NCBI GenBank assembly: GCA_963719515.1
Contig: CAVRCJ010000013.1
Coordinates: forward strand, 64,001 to 128,000
Source of the DNA: an uncultured cyanobacterium
GTDB lineage: Bacteria > Cyanobacteriota > Cyanobacteriia > CAKZMO01
Direction: 5' to 3'
Length of the DNA: 64,000 bases
The notes beneath the pieces are model-generated. The model was given only the letters and a program-made list of their open reading frames with translations. It was not told the DNA's origin and did not search any database. Positions 47,213 through 56,443 of this stretch are shown one piece after another (positions within the stretch are counted from its first letter, which is position 1; every line of letters begins with the position of its first letter). The translations under genes were made by a program, and so were the position numbers.

Positions 47213-48850
47213 ATGATAGATGCGATCGCTTTATTAGCTAGCGCGGCTGAGGCGACTACTCAAGCGGCTACTGAGGTTACCGCTAACGGCGGTGCCCTTG
47301 AGATGGCAATTGAAGACCGGCTGGCGCAGTTTTTGCTGGTCCTTTGCGTCTCGCTCAGCGTGGCCGCCCTCTCCCGCACCTTCGCCCTAGTCCGGCAGAT
47401 TCCCTACACCCTGCTGCTGGTCATCGTGGGGCTGGCGCTGGCGGTTCTCGACATTCGGCTGGTGACCCTCTCCCCAGAGCTAATTCTGCTCATCTTTCTG
47501 CCGCCGCTGCTGTTCGAGGCGGGATGGAACCTGGAGTGGAACAACCTCAAGGAAGACCTGATTCCTATCTGTTTATTTGCCATCTTGGGCGTTGTTATCT
47601 CCGTTACGGGCATTGGCTGGGGGCTGCACAGCCTAGCGGGGCTTTCCCTCGGAACTGCTTTACTCATCGGCGCGAGTTTGTCAGCCACTGACCCTGTCTC
47701 GGTCATTGCCCTCTTTCGGGAGCTGGGGGTCGGCAAGCGGCTGACGGTGCTGATGGAGGGGGAAAGTCTGTTTAACGATGGGGTGGCCGTTGTGGCGTTT
47801 TTGCTGCTGCTGGCCTCCGCCATGGGCACCGAGACCCTGACCGTGCCGCTGGCTTTTGTCCGCTTTTTTGGCTTTGTGGGCATTGGCGTTGGCGTCGGCA
47901 GCCTGATTGGCTTTGGCATTTCGTACCTGACGCAGCGCTTCGACCTGCCGTTCGTAGAGCAGTCGCTGACCCTGATTTCGGCCTACGGAACTTACGTCGT
48001 GGCGGAGGAGCTGGGGGGATCTGGGGTAATCTCGGTGGTGACGGTGGGGCTGATTCTGGGCAACTTTGGCTCCCGCATCGGCATGAACCCTCGCACCCGC
48101 CTAATCGTGTCGGAGTTTTGGGAGTTTGTCGCCTTTTTGGTGAACTCCATCGTCTTTTTGCTGATCGGCGATCAGATTCGCTTTGACAGTCTGGGAGAGA
48201 ACTTCGAGCTGATCTTAATTGCGATCGCCTTTGTCATCTTCACCCGCGCTATTGGCATCTATGGGCTGAGCTTTATCAGCAATGCCGTCGTGAAAAGCGA
48301 CCTCGCAATCAAAGACCAGACCGTACTGTGGTGGGGCGGCCTGCGGGGTTCGGTGTCGGTAGCTTTGGCGCTCAGCGTTCCGGATACCTTTCCGGGTAAA
48401 GAGGTCGTGATTGCCACGGTGTTCGGGGTTATGCTGTTTACCCTGCTGGTGCAGGGAATGACGGTGCAGCCGCTGCTGGCGCGCCTAAATTTGCTGGGGG
48501 ATGCCCCTGAGCGGCAGCGCTACCTGGAGGCGATCGCCCGCCGGGTGGCCTTGGACCGGGTGCTCGACTATCTTAAGAAGCTGCTGGACCGCAAGGAAAT
48601 TGAAGAGGAATACTACGACTACCAGCGGGCGCTAGTGGCGGGGCAGTTGAGCAGCATTCGAGACGAAATCAGTACGCTGCAGCGCCTGAATCCCGATTTC
48701 CTCGAGCTGCAAAACGAACAGCTTCAAGAAGAGATGCTAGCGATAGAATCGGACACCTACGCCGAGTTTATTCGGGCGGGGCGGCTCAAAGATTCTCTAT
48801 CTCCCCTGCTAGAGGATGTGCTGACCGCAGGCAGCGAGCGGCGAGCGTAG
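47213..48850 (+). CDS. Na+/H+ antiporter, CPA1 (NhaP-like)
   Basis: FLPPLLFEAG, SATDPVSV, EGESLFNDG, WGGLRG. Confidence 0.93.
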   Translation: MIDAIALLASAAEATTQAATEVTANGGALEMAIEDRLAQFLLVLCVSLSVAALSRTFALVRQIPYTLLLVIVGLALAVLDIRLVTLSPELILLIFLPPLLFEAGWNLEWNNLKEDLIPICLFAILGVVISVTGIGWGLHSLAGLSLGTALLIGASLSATDPVSVIALFRELGVGKRLTVLMEGESLFNDGVAVVAFLLLLASAMGTETLTVPLAFVRFFGFVGIGVGVGSLIGFGISYLTQRFDLPFVEQSLTLISAYGTYVVAEELGGSGVISVVTVGLILGNFGSRIGMNPRTRLIVSEFWEFVAFLVNSIVFLLIGDQIRFDSLGENFELILIAIAFVIFTRAIGIYGLSFISNAVVKSDLAIKDQTVLWWGGLRGSVSVALALSVPDTFPGKEVVIATVFGVMLFTLLVQGMTVQPLLARLNLLGDAPERQRYLEAIARRVALDRVLDYLKKLLDRKEIEEEYYDYQRALVAGQLSSIRDEISTLQRLNPDFLELQNEQLQEEMLAIESDTYAEFIRAGRLKDSLSPLLEDVLTAGSERRA

Positions 48851-48877
48851 GGGCAGATATAGGGGCGATAGCTTAGG

Positions 48878-49714
48878 CTAAGCCGCGTCGCTATTGGATG
48901 ACAGCGATGCAGGCTCCTGCATCACCTGGGAAACCAGCCAATAGAGCAGCCCAAAGAGTAAAACGGACCCGGTACCAAACAGCAGCGACCCGTCCCCTTC
49001 GTGCCAATACACAAAGGCTTCTGTGTTGGCCTTCATAGCCAAAATGGCCAGCAGAGAGACCCTAGCGGCGTTGATGACAAACCCCAAGACCGCCGCTACA
49101 ACGACGGAAAGGGCTTGAAAGACGCGGCCTTTCACCGGGAAGAGCATCAGACAGACCACCGCAATTCCCAACATGTAGCAAATGCTCTCAGCGCCAGAGC
49201 AGCCTTCCCAAACTTCGATGGCGCGCTCCTCCAGGGTGATGTAGACCCCATCGACCTGGGGTTCTAGCCCCACATACCACAGCAAGAGCCCTGAAAATTG
49301 GGCCGTAATCGGCGAAATATCTTGAATAAGGGAAAAGATAACGCGGGGGACGCCCAGGAAAAACAGCAGCGTCAGCTCTTGCCAATACAGTCTGAAGCCT
49401 CTAAATCCGGCGGCCAAGAGCACGACCCCAATCCCAAACACCAGCGGCATCAGGCGAATAAAGATCTCGCTATCTGACAGATTGAGGCTTAGCGTCAGCG
49501 TTGCGGCAATGACCGCAATGCCTAGCCCAGCGGCGATCGCCTGAGTTTCCGTGGATTGGGGCTGCTTGTCCCAAAGCAGGGAAGCCGCAGCTAAGAAAAA
49601 GATAACGCTCATGCCCCAGTGGGCCGTATCGCCCAGCTGCCAGAGATAGGTCAGGTAGATAGCGGTCAGTCCAGCGGCAGTCGCCAATGGAATAGACCGA
49701 GGTAGTTTTAGCAT
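48878..49714 (-). CDS. crtA: Cyanoexosortase A (exosortase family transpeptidase)
   Basis: Multi-TM protein with Cys-Arg-His triad: EGCSG, NAARV, FVYWHEGDGS. Likely ATG at 49714. Confidence 0.8.
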   Translation of the reverse strand: MLKLPRSIPLATAAGLTAIYLTYLWQLGDTAHWGMSVIFFLAAASLLWDKQPQSTETQAIAAGLGIAVIAATLTLSLNLSDSEIFIRLMPLVFGIGVVLLAAGFRGFRLYWQELTLLFFLGVPRVIFSLIQDISPITAQFSGLLLWYVGLEPQVDGVYITLEERAIEVWEGCSGAESICYMLGIAVVCLMLFPVKGRVFQALSVVVAAVLGFVINAARVSLLAILAMKANTEAFVYWHEGDGSLLFGTGSVLLFGLLYWLVSQVMQEPASLSSNSDAA

Positions 49715-49888
49715 GGTCCAGGCCCCTGTAGCGTTAACCCTCAATAGGCTGTATGGCGAGACTATTTTCATTGATGCTATCGCTCGGCGCTAGATAAGTT
49801 ACCGGCGGCGACAGCATATTTTCAAAACCTTCATAAACCAGACAGTCCCGCTGAGGTTTTGGCCCATCGCGCCGGACAACGAGCAGCC

Positions 49889-52800
49889 TCACTGCCAATC
49901 TCTCAGCCCGGCAAGATAGCTCTGCAGCGTAGCGGCAAGCTGATACCGGCGGGTCTCAAAGCTAGCTGCGACCCAGATTAGGCCAAGCCCCACCAATAGC
50001 CCGAGCGCCCACTTCAACATAGGGTAGGCGAACACTAAAAGCACCATCTGGTAGAGCGCGATCGCCAAGAACGTCGCCGTCCCCACGTAGAGGGCTGCCC
50101 GGATGCGTAGGCCCAGGCCCACGGCAATACCCGCAAGACCAAAGGCCCCTGGAACAGTTCCGGGCTGGGCATGATACCCCAGCGCGAACAGGGCGATCAC
50201 CCCTAGCCCAAGGCAGCGAAGCCCGTGGCGCAGCGATCGCCCCCTTGCCGATTGGCAGGCGGGCTCAAACCCGGTGACGCCCAAAACCAGCAGCCCCACG
50301 AGACAGGCTTTAGCAAAGGCCCCTTCCTCCGGCAGCAAGGCCCACGCCCACCAGCCCACCAGCGACAGAGCGATGTAGAGCCAGCGGGGCTGCTGCCGCT
50401 GCTGAGCCAGCCAGCCGTAAAAGAGTGCCATCGCCAGCAGGCTCACCCCGTTAAGCGCCTCTAGGTTAAGTGCATTCAGGTTCAAAGCCTCCAGGTTCAA
50501 CACCTGAAGATCCCGCAGCAGAACACTGCCTGCTGCTCCCAAAGGCGCTATCATCGCCGCCAGTCGCCAGGGACGAGGAGACCAGCCCCACCGCCGCCAG
50601 GGCAGTAGATACGCCGCCGCCGCTGCTAGGGAAGCGATCGCCCCTGTCCAAGGCTGGGTCACTGCCCCCAAAACGCTTAAAGCCGGTACCGTCAGCCCGA
50701 GGTAAAGCGCTAGGGCTGCAGCTTCAAGCAGCCCCAAGGAGACCCAAATCTCGCCCGCACCGATTGCGCTGGGCCTTTCATCCAAGCGGCGGCCCTGCAG
50801 GATGGCATAGCGCGTGAGGAAAACTCCGGCCCCCAAACCCGCTAGCTGGTGGGCCGCTGCAGGGTAAAAAACTGCGCCAACGAGCAGCAGACTGCCGAGC
50901 GCCCAGTGTAGATGGGAGATGAGGAGCAACTCCTCTCTTGTGAGGCGCAAACAGCCTGTTAGCCAAGGAGCCAGGATGCGGTAGGCATAGACCATGGCGG
51001 CTGACAGTGCCGCCATCGCCAGCAGCTGGTCCCCCAGCAGTAGTCCTCTCACCTGTCCCAGCAGCAGCTCGTAGGCCGATAGGGAAATGCCCGCCACGGC
51101 CAAATACAGCAGGGGTTTAAAGGCCGCCCGCCGCCGCCCAACCCCTATCGCAATCAGCATTAGGCCCAGGGTGCTCAGCCCCGTCCAGCTTGCCAAAAGA
51201 TTCCACCGCAGCAGACTGCCTAGCGCCCCATAGGCGAGGGGCAAAATGTGCCAGCAGCGCAGCATGGCGGTGCGCTGGGTTCGTCGATGCCACCAGTCTC
51301 CCATCAGCTGGGCAACTAGCCCCAGCACCGTATTGGCGATCGCCAGCGCCACCAGCGATCGCCCGGTTAGGCCCAAGACCTCCAGGGTCAGCAGCTCTAG
51401 GCTCCAGCCTGAAACACAGAGTATCCAGTTGGTTGGCTGCTTCCAGGTGCGGTAGACCGCAAACCCTGCGGCAACAGCAGCAGCAGCGATCGCAGGCGGT
51501 GACGCTTCGACCAGTCCCCAATAGAGGAGCAGAGAATGGGCGGTCAGCGCCACTAGCGTCAGCCCTCCAAGGGCGATGGCCCACCGCGCCACGGCCCGAC
51601 TATAGGCTGTGGCCAATGGACCCGGTCGCTGCTGCAATGGGCTGTAAATTAGGCCCAAACCGACGACGGCGATCGCGGCGATCAGCAGATAGTAGGGTAC
51701 CGCTTGCTCGACCGTCGTCGGTAGCCCCATCCACAGCAGCCCTATCCTCAGTAGAGAACCCGCAAGGGTTAGCCCTAGTCCGATGGTCACCGCTGCAGAA
51801 GCCCAATGCAGGAGTTTACGAGTTTGAATCGTCATGAGCAGGAGGCCCGCCGCCAGACTCAGCTCGCGGACCCAGGGCAAGCCCGCCGCCGGGATTTGCC
51901 CCACCACGATTACCGCGACGCTGAGCCACAGCCCCAAAGGACGGCAATGCCAGCTCCGGTAGGTCGCTGCCCCTATGAGCAGGAGGACGGTCAGCAGGGT
52001 GGGCAGCGGCGCTAGAAGCCTGCCAAGAGAAAGTGACGCTGGCGTTAGTACGGGTAAATTTCCCAAAGCTGCGAAGGTCGTAAGCCCCAAGCCGAAGCAG
52101 CACAAGGCAATCGCCCAGCGGTCTAAGGCCTGCCGGTAGATCTGCGCCAGCCGGGTATCCCGTCGGGCCAGCCGCTGCCGCAGACCCCAAAGCCCAAGGG
52201 GGGCGATCGCTCCCAGCAGCAGCCAGCTTGACCCGGAAAGCTGCGGCAGAAGTTGCCACACCAAGGCACCGACGAAGCTGAGACCAAAGCCGAGCGTGAG
52301 CGCTGCGACTAGGCGCTGCTGAAGATAGTAGGTGTTTGCCCACATCAGCCCCGTGGTGAGGCCCAAGCTCAGCAGCCGCACCTCGGGCACTCCTAGGGTT
52401 AGCGTTTGGGCTATCCCCAGGGCGACCCCGCTGAGCTGGCTAGCCAGCCGTCGTCGGCTGCGCACCTGAGCAATCCCTTCCGTCAGCGTGACGGGGACCA
52501 CCAGCCACAGCGCGCCCCAGAGGGGTGAGCCTACCGGGTGGCCTTGAAAGCTGCCGCCTTCCTGCGTCAGCAAGTTGGCCAGCAAACAGCCATAGGTGAG
52601 GCCGCTAAGGCTGAGGCCAAACCACCCGGCGCTTCGGTGAAGCAGCGCCGCGAAGGTGGCGGGTAGGGCAGGGGCTAGCGGTAGAGACGGCTTGAGGCTT
52701 AGCGTCCCTTCCCAAACGAAAAGCCCTAGTCCAATCGCGGCCCAGGGCACCAGCCCTAGCCTCGGCTGCAGTCCGTCAATCAGCCAGAAGGTGGTGAAAA

Positions 52801-54640
52801 GCCCGCCAAGATGAACAAATGCCGCTAGCGATCGCACCGCCCTGATAGAGAGAGGCGATCGCTCAAAAGACAGGTGTCGCCGCTGCTGCCGCTGAGTCAC
52901 CCACCCCAGGGCCAGGGTGGAAAATCCGAAGTTGACCGTTCGCAGGAGGGGAGAAACTAAGCTGAGCGCCATTAGAGCAGCGCCAAAGGCCAGGGCTATC
53001 CCGCCCGTAAATTTAGCCAGCCTGAGTCTGCGCAGTCGCGCTAGGCCATCGAATAAAACCAGGATTACCCCTAGATAGGGGAGCAGCGCCATGCTCAAGA
53101 GGGCAGCGGGGGCCGTCTCCGTTCCGGCCAGTCCGGCTGCTCCCGCTACCACCGCGTCTCGCCCAGACAGCGGAACAACCCGCCAAGCCAGCCAAACCAT
53201 CTGCAGCCCAGTGAGCAATAGACCGCTCAACGCAGCCCTACTCCAGGTGCGCAGCACCCTTCGGGCGAGCACCACAGCCCCCAGGCCACTTACCGCAAAC
53301 GCTTGCCCAGGAAGGGAAAAAACCGTCATCAGCCATCCCGACGCCAGCACTGCCCAGCCGAACCGTCGCCACCGGATGTGTAGCATAGAGGTCGTTATGA
53401 GGGGCGACTGCTGAATCAAGAGCCATCCGCTCAGTCCGATGGCTAGGCCAAAGAGGGGGAAGGGACTGCGGGCTGCGCAGAGGGCGCGCAGCAGCAAAAC
53501 GCCGATTGCGTAAATAATGGCGGCTCCAGCTCCATTAAACCCTGACGGGGCGATCGCTGCGGGCTTTGTAGGCGACGCAGCGGGCTGAGGAGAGTAATAT
53601 CGGCTCAAAACCGTCGTCCCCACAACCCCTAGATAGACTGCCCAGAAGGAAAAGTGCCCCAGTCCCCAGCCCAGATGAAGATAGCTCAAACCCAGGTAGA
53701 CCAATAGCGGAATCTCTGCTGAAAGCCGGTGGGATGACTTCCCAGAGTGAACCTCGGCTCTAAAGGGCCGCTGCGCCCGCAGGGTTTGAACCGTTAGCCC
53801 GGTCAGAGAAGCCAGGGCGATCGCCGCTACGACCCACTGCAGAGGCGATCGCCACAGCCCGAAGCTGTCTAGAACTAAGACATTGAGGGGCACTAGCAGC
53901 AGCGCAAGGATTCGCAGCGTTTGGGCTGTCAGCCGCAAATTAGCCTGTCGCCCCGCCCACAGGCTGCTGCCCCAAAACCCTAAGGTGTAGAGCCACAGAA
54001 TCCCATACTGCGCGTAGGGTGGAAATCTCTCCCACTGGCTAGCGGCCAGCACTCCTGAAGAGATGACCACCATAAAGGCCCCCAGCAGCAGCAGCCAGAG
54101 GACGCTTAGCTCTGTGGCCAAGTGCTGTAGGCTCTGCTTTAACCGGCTGGGGGGCTTTGGCGTTGCGATGGTAGAAGGCGGTTTGTCCTTGACCTGAGGC
54201 TTAGCTGCATTCAGCTGAGCCGGAACGGGCGGCCTCTGAGGCGCGGCGGGCGGCAGCGGGCATGTGAGGTGCGATTGATAGTGCTGGAGGTCGGCCTGAC
54301 ACAAAAGCCCTCGCTGCAGCCAGTCTTCTAGTCCGGCGAGCAGGCCCGGATGCTGTGGCGAAATTTTCACATCGACCGATAGTTCCACCTGAGACAGCAA
54401 CCCTAGCTGCAGCCAGCCTTCTAGCCCTGACAAAAAGGGCCCCGTCAAGGGCAGGGTCATGTCGAGGAGACCATCGGCCCGAGTCGCCGCCGCGACGCCG
54501 CTTCGGGCAGCACTTTGGACCTTGAGCTGCCCTTCGCTGACGAGCTTTAGCTCCAGCCAGGCCTGCAGTCCCGCTAGCAATGCCGATTGCTGGGTTCGGG
54601 TTGCGATTTGAATTGGGATAAGCCGACCAGAGGAGGACAT
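49889..54640 (-). CDS. Very large polytopic membrane protein (DUF2157-like cyanobacterial family)
   Basis: 1583 aa with dozens of TM segments; repeated LLAGLE.WL..GLL N-terminal motif; ELSVLWLLLLGAFMVVISSGVLAASQW; C-terminal IWVAASFETRR. Confidence 0.75.
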   Translation of the reverse strand: MSSSGRLIPIQIATRTQQSALLAGLQAWLELKLVSEGQLKVQSAARSGVAAATRADGLLDMTLPLTGPFLSGLEGWLQLGLLSQVELSVDVKISPQHPGLLAGLEDWLQRGLLCQADLQHYQSHLTCPLPPAAPQRPPVPAQLNAAKPQVKDKPPSTIATPKPPSRLKQSLQHLATELSVLWLLLLGAFMVVISSGVLAASQWERFPPYAQYGILWLYTLGFWGSSLWAGRQANLRLTAQTLRILALLLVPLNVLVLDSFGLWRSPLQWVVAAIALASLTGLTVQTLRAQRPFRAEVHSGKSSHRLSAEIPLLVYLGLSYLHLGWGLGHFSFWAVYLGVVGTTVLSRYYSPQPAASPTKPAAIAPSGFNGAGAAIIYAIGVLLLRALCAARSPFPLFGLAIGLSGWLLIQQSPLITTSMLHIRWRRFGWAVLASGWLMTVFSLPGQAFAVSGLGAVVLARRVLRTWSRAALSGLLLTGLQMVWLAWRVVPLSGRDAVVAGAAGLAGTETAPAALLSMALLPYLGVILVLFDGLARLRRLRLAKFTGGIALAFGAALMALSLVSPLLRTVNFGFSTLALGWVTQRQQRRHLSFERSPLSIRAVRSLAAFVHLGGLFTTFWLIDGLQPRLGLVPWAAIGLGLFVWEGTLSLKPSLPLAPALPATFAALLHRSAGWFGLSLSGLTYGCLLANLLTQEGGSFQGHPVGSPLWGALWLVVPVTLTEGIAQVRSRRRLASQLSGVALGIAQTLTLGVPEVRLLSLGLTTGLMWANTYYLQQRLVAALTLGFGLSFVGALVWQLLPQLSGSSWLLLGAIAPLGLWGLRQRLARRDTRLAQIYRQALDRWAIALCCFGLGLTTFAALGNLPVLTPASLSLGRLLAPLPTLLTVLLLIGAATYRSWHCRPLGLWLSVAVIVVGQIPAAGLPWVRELSLAAGLLLMTIQTRKLLHWASAAVTIGLGLTLAGSLLRIGLLWMGLPTTVEQAVPYYLLIAAIAVVGLGLIYSPLQQRPGPLATAYSRAVARWAIALGGLTLVALTAHSLLLYWGLVEASPPAIAAAAVAAGFAVYRTWKQPTNWILCVSGWSLELLTLEVLGLTGRSLVALAIANTVLGLVAQLMGDWWHRRTQRTAMLRCWHILPLAYGALGSLLRWNLLASWTGLSTLGLMLIAIGVGRRRAAFKPLLYLAVAGISLSAYELLLGQVRGLLLGDQLLAMAALSAAMVYAYRILAPWLTGCLRLTREELLLISHLHWALGSLLLVGAVFYPAAAHQLAGLGAGVFLTRYAILQGRRLDERPSAIGAGEIWVSLGLLEAAALALYLGLTVPALSVLGAVTQPWTGAIASLAAAAAYLLPWRRWGWSPRPWRLAAMIAPLGAAGSVLLRDLQVLNLEALNLNALNLEALNGVSLLAMALFYGWLAQQRQQPRWLYIALSLVGWWAWALLPEEGAFAKACLVGLLVLGVTGFEPACQSARGRSLRHGLRCLGLGVIALFALGYHAQPGTVPGAFGLAGIAVGLGLRIRAALYVGTATFLAIALYQMVLLVFAYPMLKWALGLLVGLGLIWVAASFETRRYQLAATLQSYLAGLRDWQ

Positions 54641-54862
54641 TGGTCACCTAACTCGGTGTGGAGGTCTGAGAGCAAGTCTAGGACGTCTGACCTCGAAACC
54701 CAGCTGCCTCAGTCCCATTTCCAGAAGCGTCATACCCCACAGCGCTCCCAAAAAGCAGACTCTCTTTAGAGAAACGCTATCTGGCTTAGGGAAAAGCTAG
54801 CTTTTTTGGGGTCTACGTGACATCCTCCCGACGCTGATGCTACGCATACAGCGCGGGCTTCC

Positions 54863-56059
54863 TCAGTGACTCCCAGCTACCGCTGAGACATTTCCTGAGA
54901 GATTAAGGGCTTGATGTCCCACAGCCCTATTCAATAGGTTGATAGCCGCGTTGTGGTCGCGACAGATCGTTAAGCCGCATGACGGGCAACTATGGACCCG
55001 ATCGGCCAGCGTCTTTGGTACCCGCTCACCACAACCCGAGCAATCAATGCTGGTTCCGCGTGGGTTCTCAGCGATGGTCATCTTTCCAGCTTTCGCGGCT
55101 TTGAAAGAGCCTGTCTCCAAGAATGTACCCCATGCGGCATCAGCGATTGACTTTGCCAGTCTGGTTCGAGCAAGTCCTTTGATGTTGAGCTTTTCATGAG
55201 CGACAACATCGTACTTTGAGAACAGCCAATCCCACACCTTAGAAAAGAAATCACGACGCTGACGCGATATTTTCAGATGCAGTTTGGCGATGCGATTTAC
55301 CTGCTTACGCCAGCGGTTAGAGCCCTTCTTCTGTCTCGATAGCTGCCGCTGCAGCTTGGATAGCTGCCGCTCTGAGCGTCGAAAGAACTGAGGGATAGGA
55401 ACGCTCTCACCGTCACTGGTAACCAAGAAATCCTTCAGCCCAACATCAACACCGACAGACTTAGCCCTATCGACATCCGGAGTAAGCATCGGAACGGCAT
55501 TGTTTTCCAGCAACAGGCTCACATACCAACCATCTGCTTTGCGAGTCACCTTGGCCGTTTTGACAGTAAACCCATCAGGTATCGGGCGATGAAGGATTAG
55601 CTTCACCTGGCCAATCTTAGGCAGGGTAATACGACTTCCATCGATGCAGTCAGGTTTCATCTGCGGGAACGTGAACGTCCTGTAGCGCCCCGCGCCTTTG
55701 AACCGAGGCTTGCCGCTACGCTTACCGTTTTTATCACCTTTGATGAAACGCTCGAACGTCTGCTTTACCTGCTTCGTCACCTCCTGAAGCGCTTGTGAGT
55801 GCAAATCTTTGTACCAGGGCCGCTCTCGCTTGAGAGGTACTAGGCTAGCCTTCTGGCTGTAGTAATTAGGATTATCTTTGAGTGGCGCAAGGCTACAGGT
55901 GAGTGGGCAGGCGTTGACCGAACAGCGGTTCATCTCCCACCAGTCGAAGCGCTCAGCCAGCAACCAGTTGTACTGTGCCCGAAGCATATCTAGCCATCGG
56001 GTCATAGTAACCGTTTGCTCAGCCGCTGGACGCAACTTGTACTGATAAGTGACTTTCAT
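54863..56059 (-). CDS. tnpB: RNA-guided endonuclease TnpB
   Basis: Start MKVTYQYKLRP (ATG 56059); RuvC motifs VGVDVG, VAHEKL and RDHNAA intact; Zn ribbon CSGC/CPSC. Confidence 0.95.
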   Translation of the reverse strand: MKVTYQYKLRPAAEQTVTMTRWLDMLRAQYNWLLAERFDWWEMNRCSVNACPLTCSLAPLKDNPNYYSQKASLVPLKRERPWYKDLHSQALQEVTKQVKQTFERFIKGDKNGKRSGKPRFKGAGRYRTFTFPQMKPDCIDGSRITLPKIGQVKLILHRPIPDGFTVKTAKVTRKADGWYVSLLLENNAVPMLTPDVDRAKSVGVDVGLKDFLVTSDGESVPIPQFFRRSERQLSKLQRQLSRQKKGSNRWRKQVNRIAKLHLKISRQRRDFFSKVWDWLFSKYDVVAHEKLNIKGLARTRLAKSIADAAWGTFLETGSFKAAKAGKMTIAENPRGTSIDCSGCGERVPKTLADRVHSCPSCGLTICRDHNAAINLLNRAVGHQALNLSGNVSAVAGSH

Positions 56060-56092
56060 GCAATAATGATAGCATATTGACATCAGAACGAC

Positions 56093-56404
56093 ATGCAGCA
56101 AATAACTATTAGAGCCGCTGACAGAGAAAAGCAGCATCTTGACAAGTATTGTGAGATGACCGAAAGAACTATCAACGATGTCCTTAGGGCAATAGTCCGG
56201 ACACTTTTCTGGACAAGTGCCGAAACCATTGATTTCTCGTTGACCGAGCTGCTGTAGAAGAGGCTTGAAACCCTCATTCCACCGTTAGCCATCAAAAACT
56301 GTCCGGAGTGTTGTAGGGAGTACATCCGAAGTTTGGCCGTCTCCGGGGCATTGAGCCCCATCGACGACCGCGACTCTCATCCCGACGCTCACCCTGACGG
56401 GTAG
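56093..56404 (+). pseudogene. Ribbon-helix-helix (CopG-like) gene of the IS605 element, interrupted by a MITE
   Basis: Removing 56190-56318 gives a 60-aa ORF: MQQITIRAADREKQHLDKYCEMTERTINDVLREYIRSLAVSGALSPIDDRDSHPDAHPDG. Confidence 0.8.
56190..56313. mobile_element. 124-bp MITE with 19-bp imperfect TIRs and 5-bp target duplication
   Basis: Left CAATAGTCCGGACACTTTT versus right (reverse complement) CAACACTCCGGACAGTTTT, 16/19 identical; TAGGG duplicated at 56185-56189 and 56314-56318. Confidence 0.85.
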
Positions 56405-56443
56405 AGCGCGGGGCTTCCTGTCTAGTAGCTAAATTTTGTGAGC

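Larger units (their letters stand above)
54817..56428 (-). mobile_element. IS200/IS605-family element lacking tnpA (IS1341-like organisation)
   Basis: Right end GAAG-CCCGCGCTG...CAGCGTCGGGAGGATGTCAC; left end hairpin CCCCGCGCTC...GAGCGTCGGG preceded by TTAG; contains tnpB and an RHH gene; I saw no HIP1 sites inside. Confidence 0.9.

Noticed and set aside
56060..56361. N-terminal extension of TnpB to 56137 and ORF 56083-56361 (-)
   Set aside because: TnpB homology begins at MKVTYQY (56059). The upstream DNA is occupied by the opposite-strand RHH gene and the MITE.
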